Source: a virus. From it: a stretch of DNA of 64,000 nucleotides. The position numbers and the translations under genes are program-made. Of the stretch, positions 39,011-49,424 are shown piece by piece (within the stretch, counting starts at the first letter, position 1; every line of letters begins with the position of its first letter). The stretch lies in the IMG/VR virus record IMGVR_UViG_3300045988_081376. One strand, written 5' to 3'. The notes under the pieces were generated by a model, which did not search any database, was not told the origin of the DNA, and saw nothing but the letters and a program-made list of their open reading frames with translations.

Positions 39011-40285
39011 TCATGTCGGCCACTTGGTCAGCGTGGCGATTGGAAAGTCGTTCGTGCTCACTGCGTTGATGGTCATCTGCCCCGTCGCGCCCAGCGGACG
39101 GGAAAAACCCATGATAAGATGCCGCTCCACCGGCGACCCCGGCTTGTCGCTCCGCACGATCTCCACCAGCTCGTTTTCGTTCAGGTGGAACATTTGGCTG
39201 CACTGGATGCTCACGCTCTTTTGCAGCACCGTCGCGCGCTTGAGCTTCCATGCCGCGAGGTCTTGGCATTGCTGCACGGTGTAGTATCCGCTTGCGCTCT
39301 CTCGCTTGGTCTTTCGCCCGATGCTCGAGTAAATGTTCGTGTCGCTCTGCGGGTCCATGTTTGTCGCCCGTCCGGCGATCTGCGCGCCGCTGTCCAGCGC
39401 CTCGCCGACGATGATATAGTCGTTGTAGACCTCGGTGTTCTTCACCGTGTAGGTCGCGCCGAGAAACTGGACTTCCTCCTGCGAGAATTGCCACTGTACC
39501 GGCTTGCTCGTGTCCACAATGTCGTCCTGCGATGGGTCGAGCCGCAGCGCGCCGACCTGATCGTAGCCGATCCATGCGTTCACCATTCCCGCGCAGCCCA
39601 GCGCCACGTCTGCCATCGTTCCGCTTTCGCTGTCGATGCGCAGGGTGTACGGCGCGTTTGTGAGCAGTGCCGTGCCGCCGCCCGGCAGCGCCTGCGATTT
39701 GCCGTTGTAATATTCGGTGAATACGGGCGGCACGGGGTCGAGCTGGTATCCGTTCCCGCGGTCGAGCTTCAGCAGCGCCGAGATCGGCGCGTAGATGTTC
39801 GTCCCGGCCTTGACCTCGTAGATGCTTTCCAGATTCCCGAAAAGCGTCCCGTCCAGATTTGCCCACTTGTCCACAAGGTTGTAGTGCGCCGTCCGGCTTT
39901 TTGGCATCAGCTCTTCGTCCGGCGTTTCGATCAGGAAAACGCCCTGCTGGATGTAATACTCCGATCCGTCCGAAAGGATCAGCCCCTCATCGATGGCGAT
40001 CTGCGTCCCGAACCACACGCCGTTTACGTTGTAGTCAAACGCGTGGTCCAGGTTCGAGAGCGTCACGTCTGCCGACCTGCGCCGCCCGTTCTGAAGGTTT
40101 ACCGTGATACTCCCCCCTTGCAGGAATGCGCCGTTCCTGCGCCCCAGGGGGTTGTTGTCGATAGCAAATGCCGTCGAGCCGTCCGGCTGCAAAAACCGCA
40201 GACGCGCAAGCTTGATGTAAGGCTTTCTCAGCATCTTCATGTAGTCGTTCAAACGCTCTGCGTGCGTTGTTAACTGTGTAGGCAT
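39011..40285 (-). CDS. tail-associated hub (Tal-like) protein
   Basis: About 425 aa, second gene after the tape measure, which is the usual Tal position. No lytic domain seen. Confidence 0.5.
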   Translation of the reverse strand: MPTQLTTHAERLNDYMKMLRKPYIKLARLRFLQPDGSTAFAIDNNPLGRRNGAFLQGGSITVNLQNGRRRSADVTLSNLDHAFDYNVNGVWFGTQIAIDEGLILSDGSEYYIQQGVFLIETPDEELMPKSRTAHYNLVDKWANLDGTLFGNLESIYEVKAGTNIYAPISALLKLDRGNGYQLDPVPPVFTEYYNGKSQALPGGGTALLTNAPYTLRIDSESGTMADVALGCAGMVNAWIGYDQVGALRLDPSQDDIVDTSKPVQWQFSQEEVQFLGATYTVKNTEVYNDYIIVGEALDSGAQIAGRATNMDPQSDTNIYSSIGRKTKRESASGYYTVQQCQDLAAWKLKRATVLQKSVSIQCSQMFHLNENELVEIVRSDKPGSPVERHLIMGFSRPLGATGQMTINAVSTNDFPIATLTKWPT

Positions 40286-40303
40286 TTTCCTTTCCACCTC
40301 CTG

Positions 40304-42385
40304 TCATACCGTTGGCATCAGGGGGTCGCCCGGCAGCAGAATAATGCGCGCCGACTCTGCGTCTGCCGTTTCTACCCACGGCAGCGACACGACCTGTGCT
40401 TGCTCTCTCGTCCCGTCCGCTGTGCTCATGCTCACCGCGTCGCTTGTCCGGATCTTCCAGATGTCGCCCTTTCGGTTTTTGAGAAACAGCGTCCTCTGCG
40501 TTACGCTCAGCGCATAGATGCGGTCGCGCAGCTCCGTCGTGTCGCTGTAATTGCCCTCTCGGTCGATGCTTCCGATCAGGCTTGTCAGCGTTCCGCTTCG
40601 GTAGTTCGCGGACGACGGCTGCACCGTCGGGTACGGTGTGAAGTTTTGCAGCACTCCCGGCTGGTTGTTGTTGCCGATCGCCCCGCTCGTCAGGTTCTTT
40701 CCAAAGCGGAAAATCCCGCTCGGTCGGTATGTCCCCTCCGCGTCCTCCGCGCATTCCAGCACCGTCCAGTCCCAGAATACCGGCGTGATCTCCTCGCTGA
40801 TGATCGGCGCAGTCGTGTAGGTGTCCGTGCCGATGCCGAACATATAGTATCGCACCGGGACTTGTGATTTTGCCCCGCAGTCCACGATTGCCAGCTTGTC
40901 GAGCGTCACGTCTGCGATGCGTTTGAGCGTCTGCGCACCCGTTTCGTATCTGTAAATGGAAAATCCTTTCAACCCACTGCCAAATACGCCGTTCAGGTTT
41001 CCTGCCTGCAACCAGTCTTTGAAGTTTGCCAGCAGCAGCGTCTTTTCGTCAAAGATGGGGGTAAACTCTCCGTCTCCGAAAAGGAGCTCCATCTGCTGCG
41101 CCGTCAGGTTTTGTTCGCTCACCCACAAATATTTCGTTACCTGCTCCCCTGTTACCACCAGCCCTGTGATCGTCACGTCGCCAATGAGGGAGGGTTCCGC
41201 CCACTGCGTCACTTCCTCGCCCGTCGACTCGCGCGGATAAAGACCGGCTCTCGGATAAAGCCCCACGTTTGGATAAAGGCCGTTCGCTCGGTTTGCCTGT
41301 CGGAAATAGACGGTTTCCGGCGTCAAAGCTACAAGGAATTCTGTCCCAAATCGCAGCGTGTCGTTGTTCTGGTAAATCACGGTGTTCCCGCCCCTGATCG
41401 TCAGGGAGTCTTCTGCCGCGTCGAACGAAATGTCGACCTGATCCGTTTTCACCGTCAGGAACGTCGCCGCCTGTGCAATTTTCCCCCTCCATACCACCAT
41501 CCATGGCGTCTCGTAGTGCATCGCCTGTCCGGTCACGTTATCCCACGTGACCGTGCTTCCGGCTGGGAGCTTCAGCTTCCCGCCGCTTATTTCGTAATTC
41601 CCGTCCGCTCTTCCCATAATGCTTGCAAGGCGCGGCCATGTAATATAAACGCCGCTCACGCCTTTTGCGCAGCATACCTGCACCGCCGCCGTTGAGGATG
41701 CCGTGGCATAACTCACCGCGAAATAGACCCACCCGGTATCAGCCTGAACGCCGTTTTCGGTTTGTGCTTGCAGCCGTACACCATAGGTCGTTCCGCTGAA
41801 AAGTCCGTCATATTTGAATTGCAGTTCGCCCGTTCCGTAGATGCGTTCCGTGTCATAGAGAGGATCGTCTTCTGACCCCTTCGCGCACAGTTTCCATCTC
41901 ACCCAGTTCAGCGTATCTCCCTGTTCCTGTGAATACTTGCCTGTAAAGGTGTATTCCTTCGCAGAAAGCGGAGCGGGAATATCCGTGATCGATAGTGTCG
42001 GGTCGGCTCGCGTGACGAATGCACTTGCGCTCATTTGCGTCACGCTGTCGCTTACGCCCCAATACTGCGTGATGACGAGCTTGTAGTTTTCTCCGTTCTT
42101 GATGCCCGCGCCCGAAAGCGCGCTTGCAGGAATCGTGTAACTGAAAAGCTGCGTCTCTCCCGCAAAATTCGTCCCGTAAAACGGGCACCCGTCGGTGCGC
42201 TTTCCTGTCGTATAGAGCTGTGTGCTTGCCTCATTGTTCCGATAGATCGTGATAGAAAATGCCGTCAGTGCGCTCGTTCCGTTCACCTGCCACGTCACCG
42301 TCAGCGCCTTCGTCACGTCCACCACGCCGTTGCCCAGCTCGCCCCACAGCGAAGGGGAAATGTTCGTCGGCTGATAGATCGCCAT
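40304..42385 (-). CDS. tail structural protein in the Dit position
   Basis: Start MAIYQPTNISP behind GGGAGGAAG, immediately after the tape measure. Beta-rich. Confidence 0.5.
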   Translation of the reverse strand: MAIYQPTNISPSLWGELGNGVVDVTKALTVTWQVNGTSALTAFSITIYRNNEASTQLYTTGKRTDGCPFYGTNFAGETQLFSYTIPASALSGAGIKNGENYKLVITQYWGVSDSVTQMSASAFVTRADPTLSITDIPAPLSAKEYTFTGKYSQEQGDTLNWVRWKLCAKGSEDDPLYDTERIYGTGELQFKYDGLFSGTTYGVRLQAQTENGVQADTGWVYFAVSYATASSTAAVQVCCAKGVSGVYITWPRLASIMGRADGNYEISGGKLKLPAGSTVTWDNVTGQAMHYETPWMVVWRGKIAQAATFLTVKTDQVDISFDAAEDSLTIRGGNTVIYQNNDTLRFGTEFLVALTPETVYFRQANRANGLYPNVGLYPRAGLYPRESTGEEVTQWAEPSLIGDVTITGLVVTGEQVTKYLWVSEQNLTAQQMELLFGDGEFTPIFDEKTLLLANFKDWLQAGNLNGVFGSGLKGFSIYRYETGAQTLKRIADVTLDKLAIVDCGAKSQVPVRYYMFGIGTDTYTTAPIISEEITPVFWDWTVLECAEDAEGTYRPSGIFRFGKNLTSGAIGNNNQPGVLQNFTPYPTVQPSSANYRSGTLTSLIGSIDREGNYSDTTELRDRIYALSVTQRTLFLKNRKGDIWKIRTSDAVSMSTADGTREQAQVVSLPWVETADAESARIILLPGDPLMPTV

Positions 42386-42399
42386 GCTTTCTTCCTCCC

Positions 42400-45300
42400 T
42401 CACATATTGTTGTAGTTTCCAAGGCTTCCGCCCAGCTGCGTCATTCGGAGCAAAACTTCTTCAAACGAAAGCGACCTTGCGTCCTGCGCGCTGATGCGCA
42501 CTCCGTTTACGGTATAAGAGGTGTTCGTCACGTTGGAATTCGTCACCGTCCCGCCCGCCGTCACCGGCGTTCTGTCCGTAGCACCGTATAGGAATCCAAG
42601 CTCGCTCATGCGCTTCTGGAATGTCGCATCTGCCGCCGGGGAAAGGAGTTTTTCCGTCAGGCTCGGCGGCAGCACCGTCTCCGGTCTGTCGGTCGCCTTG
42701 ATGCCGCCCGTTCCGTTGAGCCATCCTCCCTGGTCGTATACGTCGTATCTCCCCGTGTAGCTCTCCGTGGTCATGCTTTGGTCGATCAGCGCCGACTGGT
42801 ACGACCCGTCAGGGTTTACCGCCGTGATCTGATACGTTCCCGCCGCCGTCACTACCCAGTCGCCCACATTAAGTCCCGGAGGGGCGCTGCCGTTGCTTCG
42901 CACTTTGGCGATCCTGCGGGACGGGCTCGGCGTCCCGTAATTGTATTCTCCGTTGTAATTGCCGGTCGTCTGGTTTTTGTCTACAAGCTTAGATTCATAG
43001 CTCCCGTCCGGGCGTACCCCCGTGATCTCGTAGGTCCCGCCGCCCGTAACCACGCGGTCGCCCACTCCCAGACCGCCGGGTGCGCTTCCGTTGGCAAGCA
43101 CCTTAACGAGTCGGTTTGCCGTTTGCTCCACGCGGTCGCCGAACATGCTCAGGTCGATACCCAGCGCTTCGAAGAGGTCGCGGTTTTTGAGGATCTGCTC
43201 TCTCAGCGCCGGTGTCGCGTTTTCTGCAATGTCCTTGAGAATGTCGTTGATCTCGCGCACTGGGTCGTTGAGCGAATCCATGATGCGATTCCACGCGTTT
43301 TCCAGCGCATCATAGTGAGCGTTGATCTGCTTCTTTTTGGCTTCCAGCGCCGCGATCTCCGCGTCCCTCTGCAGCTTTTTGTTGTAGTCCGCAAGATCGT
43401 CCTTTGCCTTCTCCAGCGCGTCCTGCGCGCTCTTGAGGGCGTCCTCGGCGCTCTTTACATTTTTCTCATCCGCGATCCATTCCCACTGGTTTGTCTTTGC
43501 GTTGTAGGTGCGCACGGTTCGCTCGTTGCGCGCCTCAAGCAGCGCCTTCTGCTTTTCGAGCAGGTCGTTCTGCCTTTCCGTGATGGCCGCGCGCTTTTCC
43601 TCAATGGCGAGCGCCGTGTCCTCGGCTTCGTTCTTTTCCTTCAGCGCGTCGATCTGTGCTTGGATCGCGTCCAGCTCTGCGTCTCGGTTTTTCTTCGCCT
43701 CGTCCAGCTTCTTCTGCACCGCGCTGTCCAGCTCGGAGAGAAGGCTCTTTTGCAGCTCTGCGATTTTCTCCTGCCAGTCGTACCATTCAGCGGAAAGGGC
43801 GTTGATCTCGTCCTGACTTGCGCCGATGGAACGCATGTATTCCGCCTGCCGGTGCAGCGCGTTCTGGATGGCCTTGATCTTCTCCACCTGCTCGCCCACG
43901 CTCTTGCCCTGCTTTTCCATCAGGGTAAGCTCACTCTTGAGCAGTGAAACATTTTCCTTGTGCGCCTCAAGCTGCTTGTCCGTCTGGCTCTTGGCGCTTC
44001 TGGAGGAAGGCTTTCCTCCGCTCGGGCTTCCTCCGCTTGGGATTCCGCTGGATTCCGGCGTGTAGAAATTGGTCAGGCTGCCCCATAGGGCGTTCATGTA
44101 GTTCTGCTTCGCCATGCGCATGGCGTCTTGGCTGGTCTTTGCCTTTCCCGCCATCATCAGCCCGTTTGCCGCCGCGCGGATCTGATTGCTCATGCTGTTC
44201 TCGTCCATGCCGAAAACGGCGGCGACCGCGCTTGCCGCATAGCCCGCCTGCGTCGCCAGTGTCCGCAGTGCCGCGATCTGCTGCGAGAAGTTCAGGTTCT
44301 GGTTGTTTGCCGCGATCTCGGCTTGAACAAGGTTGTATAAGTTGTCCTTAGCCTTTCCTGTTTCCGCGGCTTCTTTCAGAAGGCCATCAACATAGTTGTT
44401 AATGTAACCGACAGCCCCATCATAAGCTTTCTCCATGTTCAGAAGGGCGTTGTACATCGCCTTCTGCTCATCGGTTGCTTTGTCATACCCGATGATGTCA
44501 ATAGCGGCCGCTAAGCGGATCGCCTCCGAGCGTGCCCGTTCAAAGCCCTTGATGCTCTCATCGGAGACCTTCTTGTTCTTTTGCAGCTCGGATGTGTAGT
44601 TTTGCAGCTCGCCAGTCAGCAGACGGTAGTAGTCGCCATCGGTAGTAATTGTGGTGCTCGGCGTGGAAACGAGTTTCCCCTTCACACGCTGCTGGCTGTA
44701 TGTAGTCGTGACGCGCGAAGCGTTGTCAAGCTGATCCTGCGCCTTTTGTTTTTTCAGCTCCTTGTAGTTTTCGATCTGGTTCTGAAGCTCGGCATTTTCT
44801 CGTTCAAGAGCATCCCGCTCCGCAAGGATCTCAGTCGTTCGCTCGTTCCATGGGATATTATTGATTTCTTCCAGTCTGCTCTTGTTGTCGTCCAGTTTTT
44901 TACTATTGGACTGAATGTCTGCATTTAGGTCATCAATAGACTTCCTCGTATCTTCTGTCGCATCCAAAAGAATCTTTAAGGTTGCCGCCGCCGCAGCGAT
45001 TCCGAGTATCCACGGATTAAGTGTTGCGACGTTCAGAGCAACAGCCGCCTTTTTTACTGCGCTCGCAGCTCCTGCAATTCCGTAAAGCCCCGCGGCAACC
45101 GCGCCAAATGTCACAACCGCTCTTCCGAAATCCGTGTTTAGCAGATTTACCGTTGCGATCAACCCATCCAAAGAGACTTTGATTTGATCGGTCTCAACGA
45201 GGTTGGAAACGAATTCAGCCCAGCTGTTTTTCAGAATATTGGTCTTGCGCGTCCAGCTGTCCAGCGCGTTCTCAACTTCTTTGTCTGCGCTTCCGATGGC

Positions 45301-46428
45301 ATTCCCGTAGTCAGCCAGCATGGACTCGTACATGTCCCAGTTCTGGATCAGCGCGAGCAGCTGCGAGGTGCGCAGTTTGCCGCCGATGTCGCTGACCATT
45401 TCCATCAGCTTCTGCTCGGTCAGCAGCCCGTCCTTCATGCTCTGCGCAAGACCGCCGATGGCCTTCATCGGGTCGATGACTTCGCCGGTCGCCTGCGCCG
45501 CATCGTAGGCATCCTTTGCGTAAATCTTGATGACATCGCGCAAGCCCGCGATCTCGCCGGTCGTCCACGTCACGCCCTCGTCGATCTCCGTCTTGGTGTC
45601 ACCCACGATGTTGAGAACCAAAGCGCGGAACGCGCGGGCGGCCTCCGTGCCGCTTCTCTGCGTTACCGCCGTGATCGTACCGATGGCAGCGGTCAGCTCG
45701 TCGATGCCGACGTGCGCCTGTGCCGCGACGGGCGCCACCGTGCCAAGTCCTTCCGCAATCTTGGATAATGAGGTGGCGTACCTGTTGTCGATCTCGTTCG
45801 AGCCGTCCAGCACCTTGCTCAGTGCTTCGATGTTGCCCTTGTACTGGTACGCCGCATCCACGGAAAGAAGGAACTGCTGCGCCGTCTCTGCATTGGTGTC
45901 GCCCACGAGCTTTGTCTTTGTCGCAAGCTCGGCAAGGTCTGCCGCCTGACTTCCGTAACCCGCGCGGGCAAATGCCGAAACGGAGCTGAGATATTCGTCC
46001 GCGGCTTCTCCGTAAGCGGAAGCGACCTTATAAGCCTTCTCGCTCAGTGCGTCCAGCTCCGCCGCCGTCGCCCCTGTCACCTTGCGCACGGTCACAAGCT
46101 CGTCGTCGACCTTCTTCATCATGTCCAGCGCATCGCGGAACGCGCCCAGCGTCTTGCTGACCATCGTGCCCATGACCTGCCAGACGAGCATCTTCTTATA
46201 GATATTGCCGAAACTATCTCCCAACAGGTCGTTTGCCACAGTCACCTTTTTTGTGGATACCGCCGCCTTTTCCGCCGCCGTGCTGACCTCTTTCAGTTCC
46301 CTTGTGGCATTCCCCGCACCCATCTTCACGGGTGTTGCGCTGATTCCGGCAACCTCGCGTTTGACTTTCTCTACCTCGATGTGTACCTGCAAAAAATCAG
46401 GAACGCCCTTAAAAAGTACCTGTGCCAT
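42400..46428 (-). CDS. tail tape measure protein
   Basis: 1342 aa. TP901-type core (IDELTAAIGTITAVTQRSGTEAARAFRALVLNI), TM segments, long coiled coils. Confidence 0.9.
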   Translation of the reverse strand: MAQVLFKGVPDFLQVHIEVEKVKREVAGISATPVKMGAGNATRELKEVSTAAEKAAVSTKKVTVANDLLGDSFGNIYKKMLVWQVMGTMVSKTLGAFRDALDMMKKVDDELVTVRKVTGATAAELDALSEKAYKVASAYGEAADEYLSSVSAFARAGYGSQAADLAELATKTKLVGDTNAETAQQFLLSVDAAYQYKGNIEALSKVLDGSNEIDNRYATSLSKIAEGLGTVAPVAAQAHVGIDELTAAIGTITAVTQRSGTEAARAFRALVLNIVGDTKTEIDEGVTWTTGEIAGLRDVIKIYAKDAYDAAQATGEVIDPMKAIGGLAQSMKDGLLTEQKLMEMVSDIGGKLRTSQLLALIQNWDMYESMLADYGNAIGSADKEVENALDSWTRKTNILKNSWAEFVSNLVETDQIKVSLDGLIATVNLLNTDFGRAVVTFGAVAAGLYGIAGAASAVKKAAVALNVATLNPWILGIAAAAATLKILLDATEDTRKSIDDLNADIQSNSKKLDDNKSRLEEINNIPWNERTTEILAERDALERENAELQNQIENYKELKKQKAQDQLDNASRVTTTYSQQRVKGKLVSTPSTTITTDGDYYRLLTGELQNYTSELQKNKKVSDESIKGFERARSEAIRLAAAIDIIGYDKATDEQKAMYNALLNMEKAYDGAVGYINNYVDGLLKEAAETGKAKDNLYNLVQAEIAANNQNLNFSQQIAALRTLATQAGYAASAVAAVFGMDENSMSNQIRAAANGLMMAGKAKTSQDAMRMAKQNYMNALWGSLTNFYTPESSGIPSGGSPSGGKPSSRSAKSQTDKQLEAHKENVSLLKSELTLMEKQGKSVGEQVEKIKAIQNALHRQAEYMRSIGASQDEINALSAEWYDWQEKIAELQKSLLSELDSAVQKKLDEAKKNRDAELDAIQAQIDALKEKNEAEDTALAIEEKRAAITERQNDLLEKQKALLEARNERTVRTYNAKTNQWEWIADEKNVKSAEDALKSAQDALEKAKDDLADYNKKLQRDAEIAALEAKKKQINAHYDALENAWNRIMDSLNDPVREINDILKDIAENATPALREQILKNRDLFEALGIDLSMFGDRVEQTANRLVKVLANGSAPGGLGVGDRVVTGGGTYEITGVRPDGSYESKLVDKNQTTGNYNGEYNYGTPSPSRRIAKVRSNGSAPPGLNVGDWVVTAAGTYQITAVNPDGSYQSALIDQSMTTESYTGRYDVYDQGGWLNGTGGIKATDRPETVLPPSLTEKLLSPAADATFQKRMSELGFLYGATDRTPVTAGGTVTNSNVTNTSYTVNGVRISAQDARSLSFEEVLLRMTQLGGSLGNYNNM

Positions 46429-46445
46429 TCATCCACCGCCTATCG

Positions 46446-47024
46446 TCAGTCTGAAAATCCCTCGTCGCCGTCTCGTGTCGTGCTGAATAGATCCGCCGCG
46501 GCCTCGAGCGTGCCGTCTGCTGCGTTGATGCCGTCCACCAGCGCCCGCTCCGCGCGCCCCTCCTCGATCATTTCACCGAGGAAATTGGTAAAGAACGGCC
46601 TCTTGGGCGGCTTCCTGCGCCAGTCATAATCAGGATTCCTGTTCTCAATGCGCCCAATCAGTGCGTCACCGTCCAGCTGCGCTTCCGGCTCCACCTGCTC
46701 GCTTTCTCCGCTCGGAAGGTAGACCATCCGCACGCCGTTATCTCTCATGTCAAAGCGCGCATTTGCATCAATGTCTGCAAGTCCGCCATATTCGCCGCGC
46801 CTCACATACTCTTTTGGTGTAAATTTCTCGTATACGTCCCCTTGCACGTGCTCGGCAAGGCACGCTGACATTTCTTCCTTGAGCACCGGCATCGCGTTTT
46901 TCATTGCCGCGCGGAGTTTGCCCTCGATCTGGGCGATGTCCTCGTCCAGCCCCGTCACGCTCGCCGAAAGTGAAATATTCATGCGTCTTCGCCTCCTGCC
47001 GTTTCGGCGTTTTGCAAGCGCCAA
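46446..47024 (-). CDS. hypothetical protein (between tail tube and tape measure)
   Basis: ORF track. Occupies the chaperone position, but no slippery site or extension frame was found. Confidence 0.4.
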   Translation of the reverse strand: MALAKRRNGRRRRRMNISLSASVTGLDEDIAQIEGKLRAAMKNAMPVLKEEMSACLAEHVQGDVYEKFTPKEYVRRGEYGGLADIDANARFDMRDNGVRMVYLPSGESEQVEPEAQLDGDALIGRIENRNPDYDWRRKPPKRPFFTNFLGEMIEEGRAERALVDGINAADGTLEAAADLFSTTRDGDEGFSD

Positions 47025-47053
47025 GGCGCGATCTCCCTCGTGCCCTCGCGCTC

Positions 47054-47081
47054 GCCCCCTCTTGCGAGGGGGCTTTTGTTT
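47054..47081 (+). terminator. hairpin with T-run on the + (antisense) side, just after the tail tube gene
   Basis: GCCCCCTC-TTGC-GAGGGGGC followed by TTTTGTTT. On the coding (minus) strand the run is an upstream A-tract. Confidence 0.45.
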
Positions 47082-48206
47082 TCATTCGCTCGTTACCACG
47101 AGATTCGCCGTGCAGGAGAACTGCGCAGCTCCCTTTGCGGGATAGGTAACGGTGATCTTTCCGGTGCTTCCAGCGGTCGCGCCCGCCGTGATCACGCCGT
47201 CCGGCGAAACGCTCGTGCCACTCGGGCCGCCCGTCAGCTCGTACTTCACCTGATTGGCGGGAACGATGTCGACGAGCTGTCCGTTTGCCATCACGAACTT
47301 GGCGTTTACCTTTGCCGTGCCGCTCGTGGGCACCGTCACCACGCCGCCCACGATGGCAAGACCCTTGATGTCGGCTCCCGCCTCATCAGGGACGTAGAGG
47401 TAGTGCGCCAGCACGCTTTCGCCGCAGTTGTCGCAGGTGCCGGAAACCACGTCCTCGTCCGCGGTCAGGGCCTGTCCGGTGTAGCTCGTGGTGTCAGGCG
47501 TCGTCTGGTCGCCCACAATGCCGCCGCCGTCTCCGTTGAGCTTCAGCGTCGGCACGATGGCGTACAGCCAACCGACGCGCGTGCCGCCGTTGCTCTCGCT
47601 GTTCGCGTTGGCGTAAACGGCCATTTGCAGCGTAAAGTGCAGCACCTTCGGGTTCATCATCGAGGTGATGGTGCCGAGCTGTGCGCTCGCCTTGTTGACG
47701 AAGTACCACACCTTGTACTGCTCGCCGCTCTTCGCGGTGAATCCGGTCACGGTGCCGTCCGCAGTAATGGGATAGGGGATGCCGTCCTGCGCGATCAGCG
47801 AGCTTTCGCCCACGGTCTGCACGTAGCACAGCACCTTGCTCATGCCCACCTGTGCGACCGGTGCGCCGGAGGCAACGTCCACCTTCAGTACCGTTCCCTC
47901 AGCAGTCACCACCTGGCAGACGGGCGCGGGCGCGTTATAGCGCAGCGTGCCGCCCACCTGCGCCATCTTCATGGCGAGGTTGAATGCAGCGGAGATGCCG
48001 TTCACGGTCACGGCGCTGTCGCTGCCCAGCATCGTGGCGATGGCGTTACCCAGTCCCGCGCGGATCTCGCCCATCGTCAGGCTCGTCTGGAAGTTCGCGG
48101 TCTGGAACTTGTTGTCATAGAAAAGGATCTGTCCGGTCTTCGGGTCTGCGCCAATGCCGAGGCACGTTCCCTTGAGGTAAAGTTTCGGATCGGTAAACTG
48201 GATCAT
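47082..48206 (-). CDS. putative major tail protein with C-terminal Ig-like (Big_2-type) domain
   Basis: Position upstream of the tape measure. C-terminal VSPDGVITAGATAGSTGKITVTY Ig-like pattern. Confidence 0.55.
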   Translation of the reverse strand: MIQFTDPKLYLKGTCLGIGADPKTGQILFYDNKFQTANFQTSLTMGEIRAGLGNAIATMLGSDSAVTVNGISAAFNLAMKMAQVGGTLRYNAPAPVCQVVTAEGTVLKVDVASGAPVAQVGMSKVLCYVQTVGESSLIAQDGIPYPITADGTVTGFTAKSGEQYKVWYFVNKASAQLGTITSMMNPKVLHFTLQMAVYANANSESNGGTRVGWLYAIVPTLKLNGDGGGIVGDQTTPDTTSYTGQALTADEDVVSGTCDNCGESVLAHYLYVPDEAGADIKGLAIVGGVVTVPTSGTAKVNAKFVMANGQLVDIVPANQVKYELTGGPSGTSVSPDGVITAGATAGSTGKITVTYPAKGAAQFSCTANLVVTSE

Positions 48207-48239
48207 ACTCTCAACTCCTTTGAAATTTGTCGTCTGTTG

Positions 48240-49079
48240 TTATCCTTGCGCCTGCTGCTCGGCAACGGCTTTCGCGCCCGCGCCGCCTGCAAAGCGGTCG
48301 AGTGCGATCAGGGCGCCGCTGCTCTGCTGCATTCTGCTGAAAAACGGGCTGGGATACGGGTTTCCGCCCGTCCACTTTGCGCCGTTCGCTTCGCTTACGC
48401 CGCACAGAAGGTATCCCAGCACACGCGCGTAAGCGTCCTTGCGGTCCATCAGTTTCTTAATGGGCCATTCCATAATGGTTTTCTCGTCCTCGTGGCTCAG
48501 TGCCGCCACGGTGCTGAAAAGCTCTCCGAAATCGCCGCTCAGTTTCGCGCTCTTCTGTTCTGCAATGTCGCGCTCCGCCTCCACAAGCTCCGGATTCGCG
48601 TCTGTGCTCACCAGCTCCACGCCGTTTTGTGCCGCAATGATCTCCCGCAGTCTCGAAAACTGCACCGGCGTGATGCTCTGCATCGTTTCTCCGTCCTGCG
48701 AGAACTCCACCGCCAGCAGCGTCGACGGATCTCTTTCATCCACCCGCAGTCGAAACCGTTTCAGCGCCTGTTCCGCTTCCTCGTCCGCCCGCCCAAGCCG
48801 CAGGGCGAGTGACAGGAGCAGGAGCGAGCGCGCAAACAGCCCCGTCGGCAGTCCATCGCTGTCTTTGGTTACAGCCTCGTAGTCCATTGCGTAGTACGCG
48901 CTGAGCAGCGGCACGGAGAGATATCTTACAGGGAGCGTCTGCTGCATCAGCTCGAGCGCCGGCCGCGCCAGCATAAATTCATCCCATCTGGATACAGAAA
49001 TCGGGTATAGGGTAATGCCGTCCGTTTCGATCTTGCTGTACGTCCGCACGGCTTTTTTGATAGCAAGAGAAAGTTCCAC
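48240..49079 (-). CDS. hypothetical structural-module protein
   Basis: ORF track. Confidence 0.45.
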   Translation of the reverse strand: MELSLAIKKAVRTYSKIETDGITLYPISVSRWDEFMLARPALELMQQTLPVRYLSVPLLSAYYAMDYEAVTKDSDGLPTGLFARSLLLLSLALRLGRADEEAEQALKRFRLRVDERDPSTLLAVEFSQDGETMQSITPVQFSRLREIIAAQNGVELVSTDANPELVEAERDIAEQKSAKLSGDFGELFSTVAALSHEDEKTIMEWPIKKLMDRKDAYARVLGYLLCGVSEANGAKWTGGNPYPSPFFSRMQQSSGALIALDRFAGGAGAKAVAEQQAQG

Positions 49080-49115
49080 TTTTTTATTTTCTCCTTCCTC
49101 GCGTATCCGGAATTT

Positions 49116-49424
49116 TTATAAGGCGATTCCCGCCTGTGCAAAGAAGGCGATGATTGCAGCGCCCGCCAGAAGCCAGATGACCTTATCCACCATGTTCTCC
49201 CAGCGCTCGGCAGGTCTCCCCTCCACCACCGTCATCTTCTTGTCGATCTTGTCGACTTTTTCCGAAATGTTTTTCTGCTCCTCCGCCATCAGTTTCACGC
49301 TTGTGGTCAGTTCATTCATCGCCTTTTGTTCCTCTTCCACCGCATCCATGCGGTGCTTGAGCGACTTGATCTCGTGCTCGTGGCCTTCCAGCGCAACGGC
49401 TACATCCTGCAATTCCATGCTCAT
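49116..49424 (-). CDS. XhlA-like coiled-coil protein with C-terminal TM
   Basis: N-terminal coiled coil (EHEIKSLKHRMDAVEEEQKAMNEL) and C-terminal VIWLLAGAAIIAFFAQAGIAL. Confidence 0.5.
   Translation of the reverse strand: MSMELQDVAVALEGHEHEIKSLKHRMDAVEEEQKAMNELTTSVKLMAEEQKNISEKVDKIDKKMTVVEGRPAERWENMVDKVIWLLAGAAIIAFFAQAGIAL

Noticed and set aside
38600-40273. Long + strand ORFs across the late region (38600..40273, 42778..43947, 47040..48812, 54955..56382, 56400..58715, 58848..60164)
   Set aside because: All lie antisense to well-supported structural genes. Their R/H/A/V-rich translations have no starts with RBS, so they are GC-driven shadow frames.
46446-47081. Programmed -1 frameshift of tail assembly chaperones upstream of the tape measure
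   Set aside because: Only one ORF occupies the slot and it ends 18 nt before the tape-measure start. I could not find a slippery heptamer with an extension frame.
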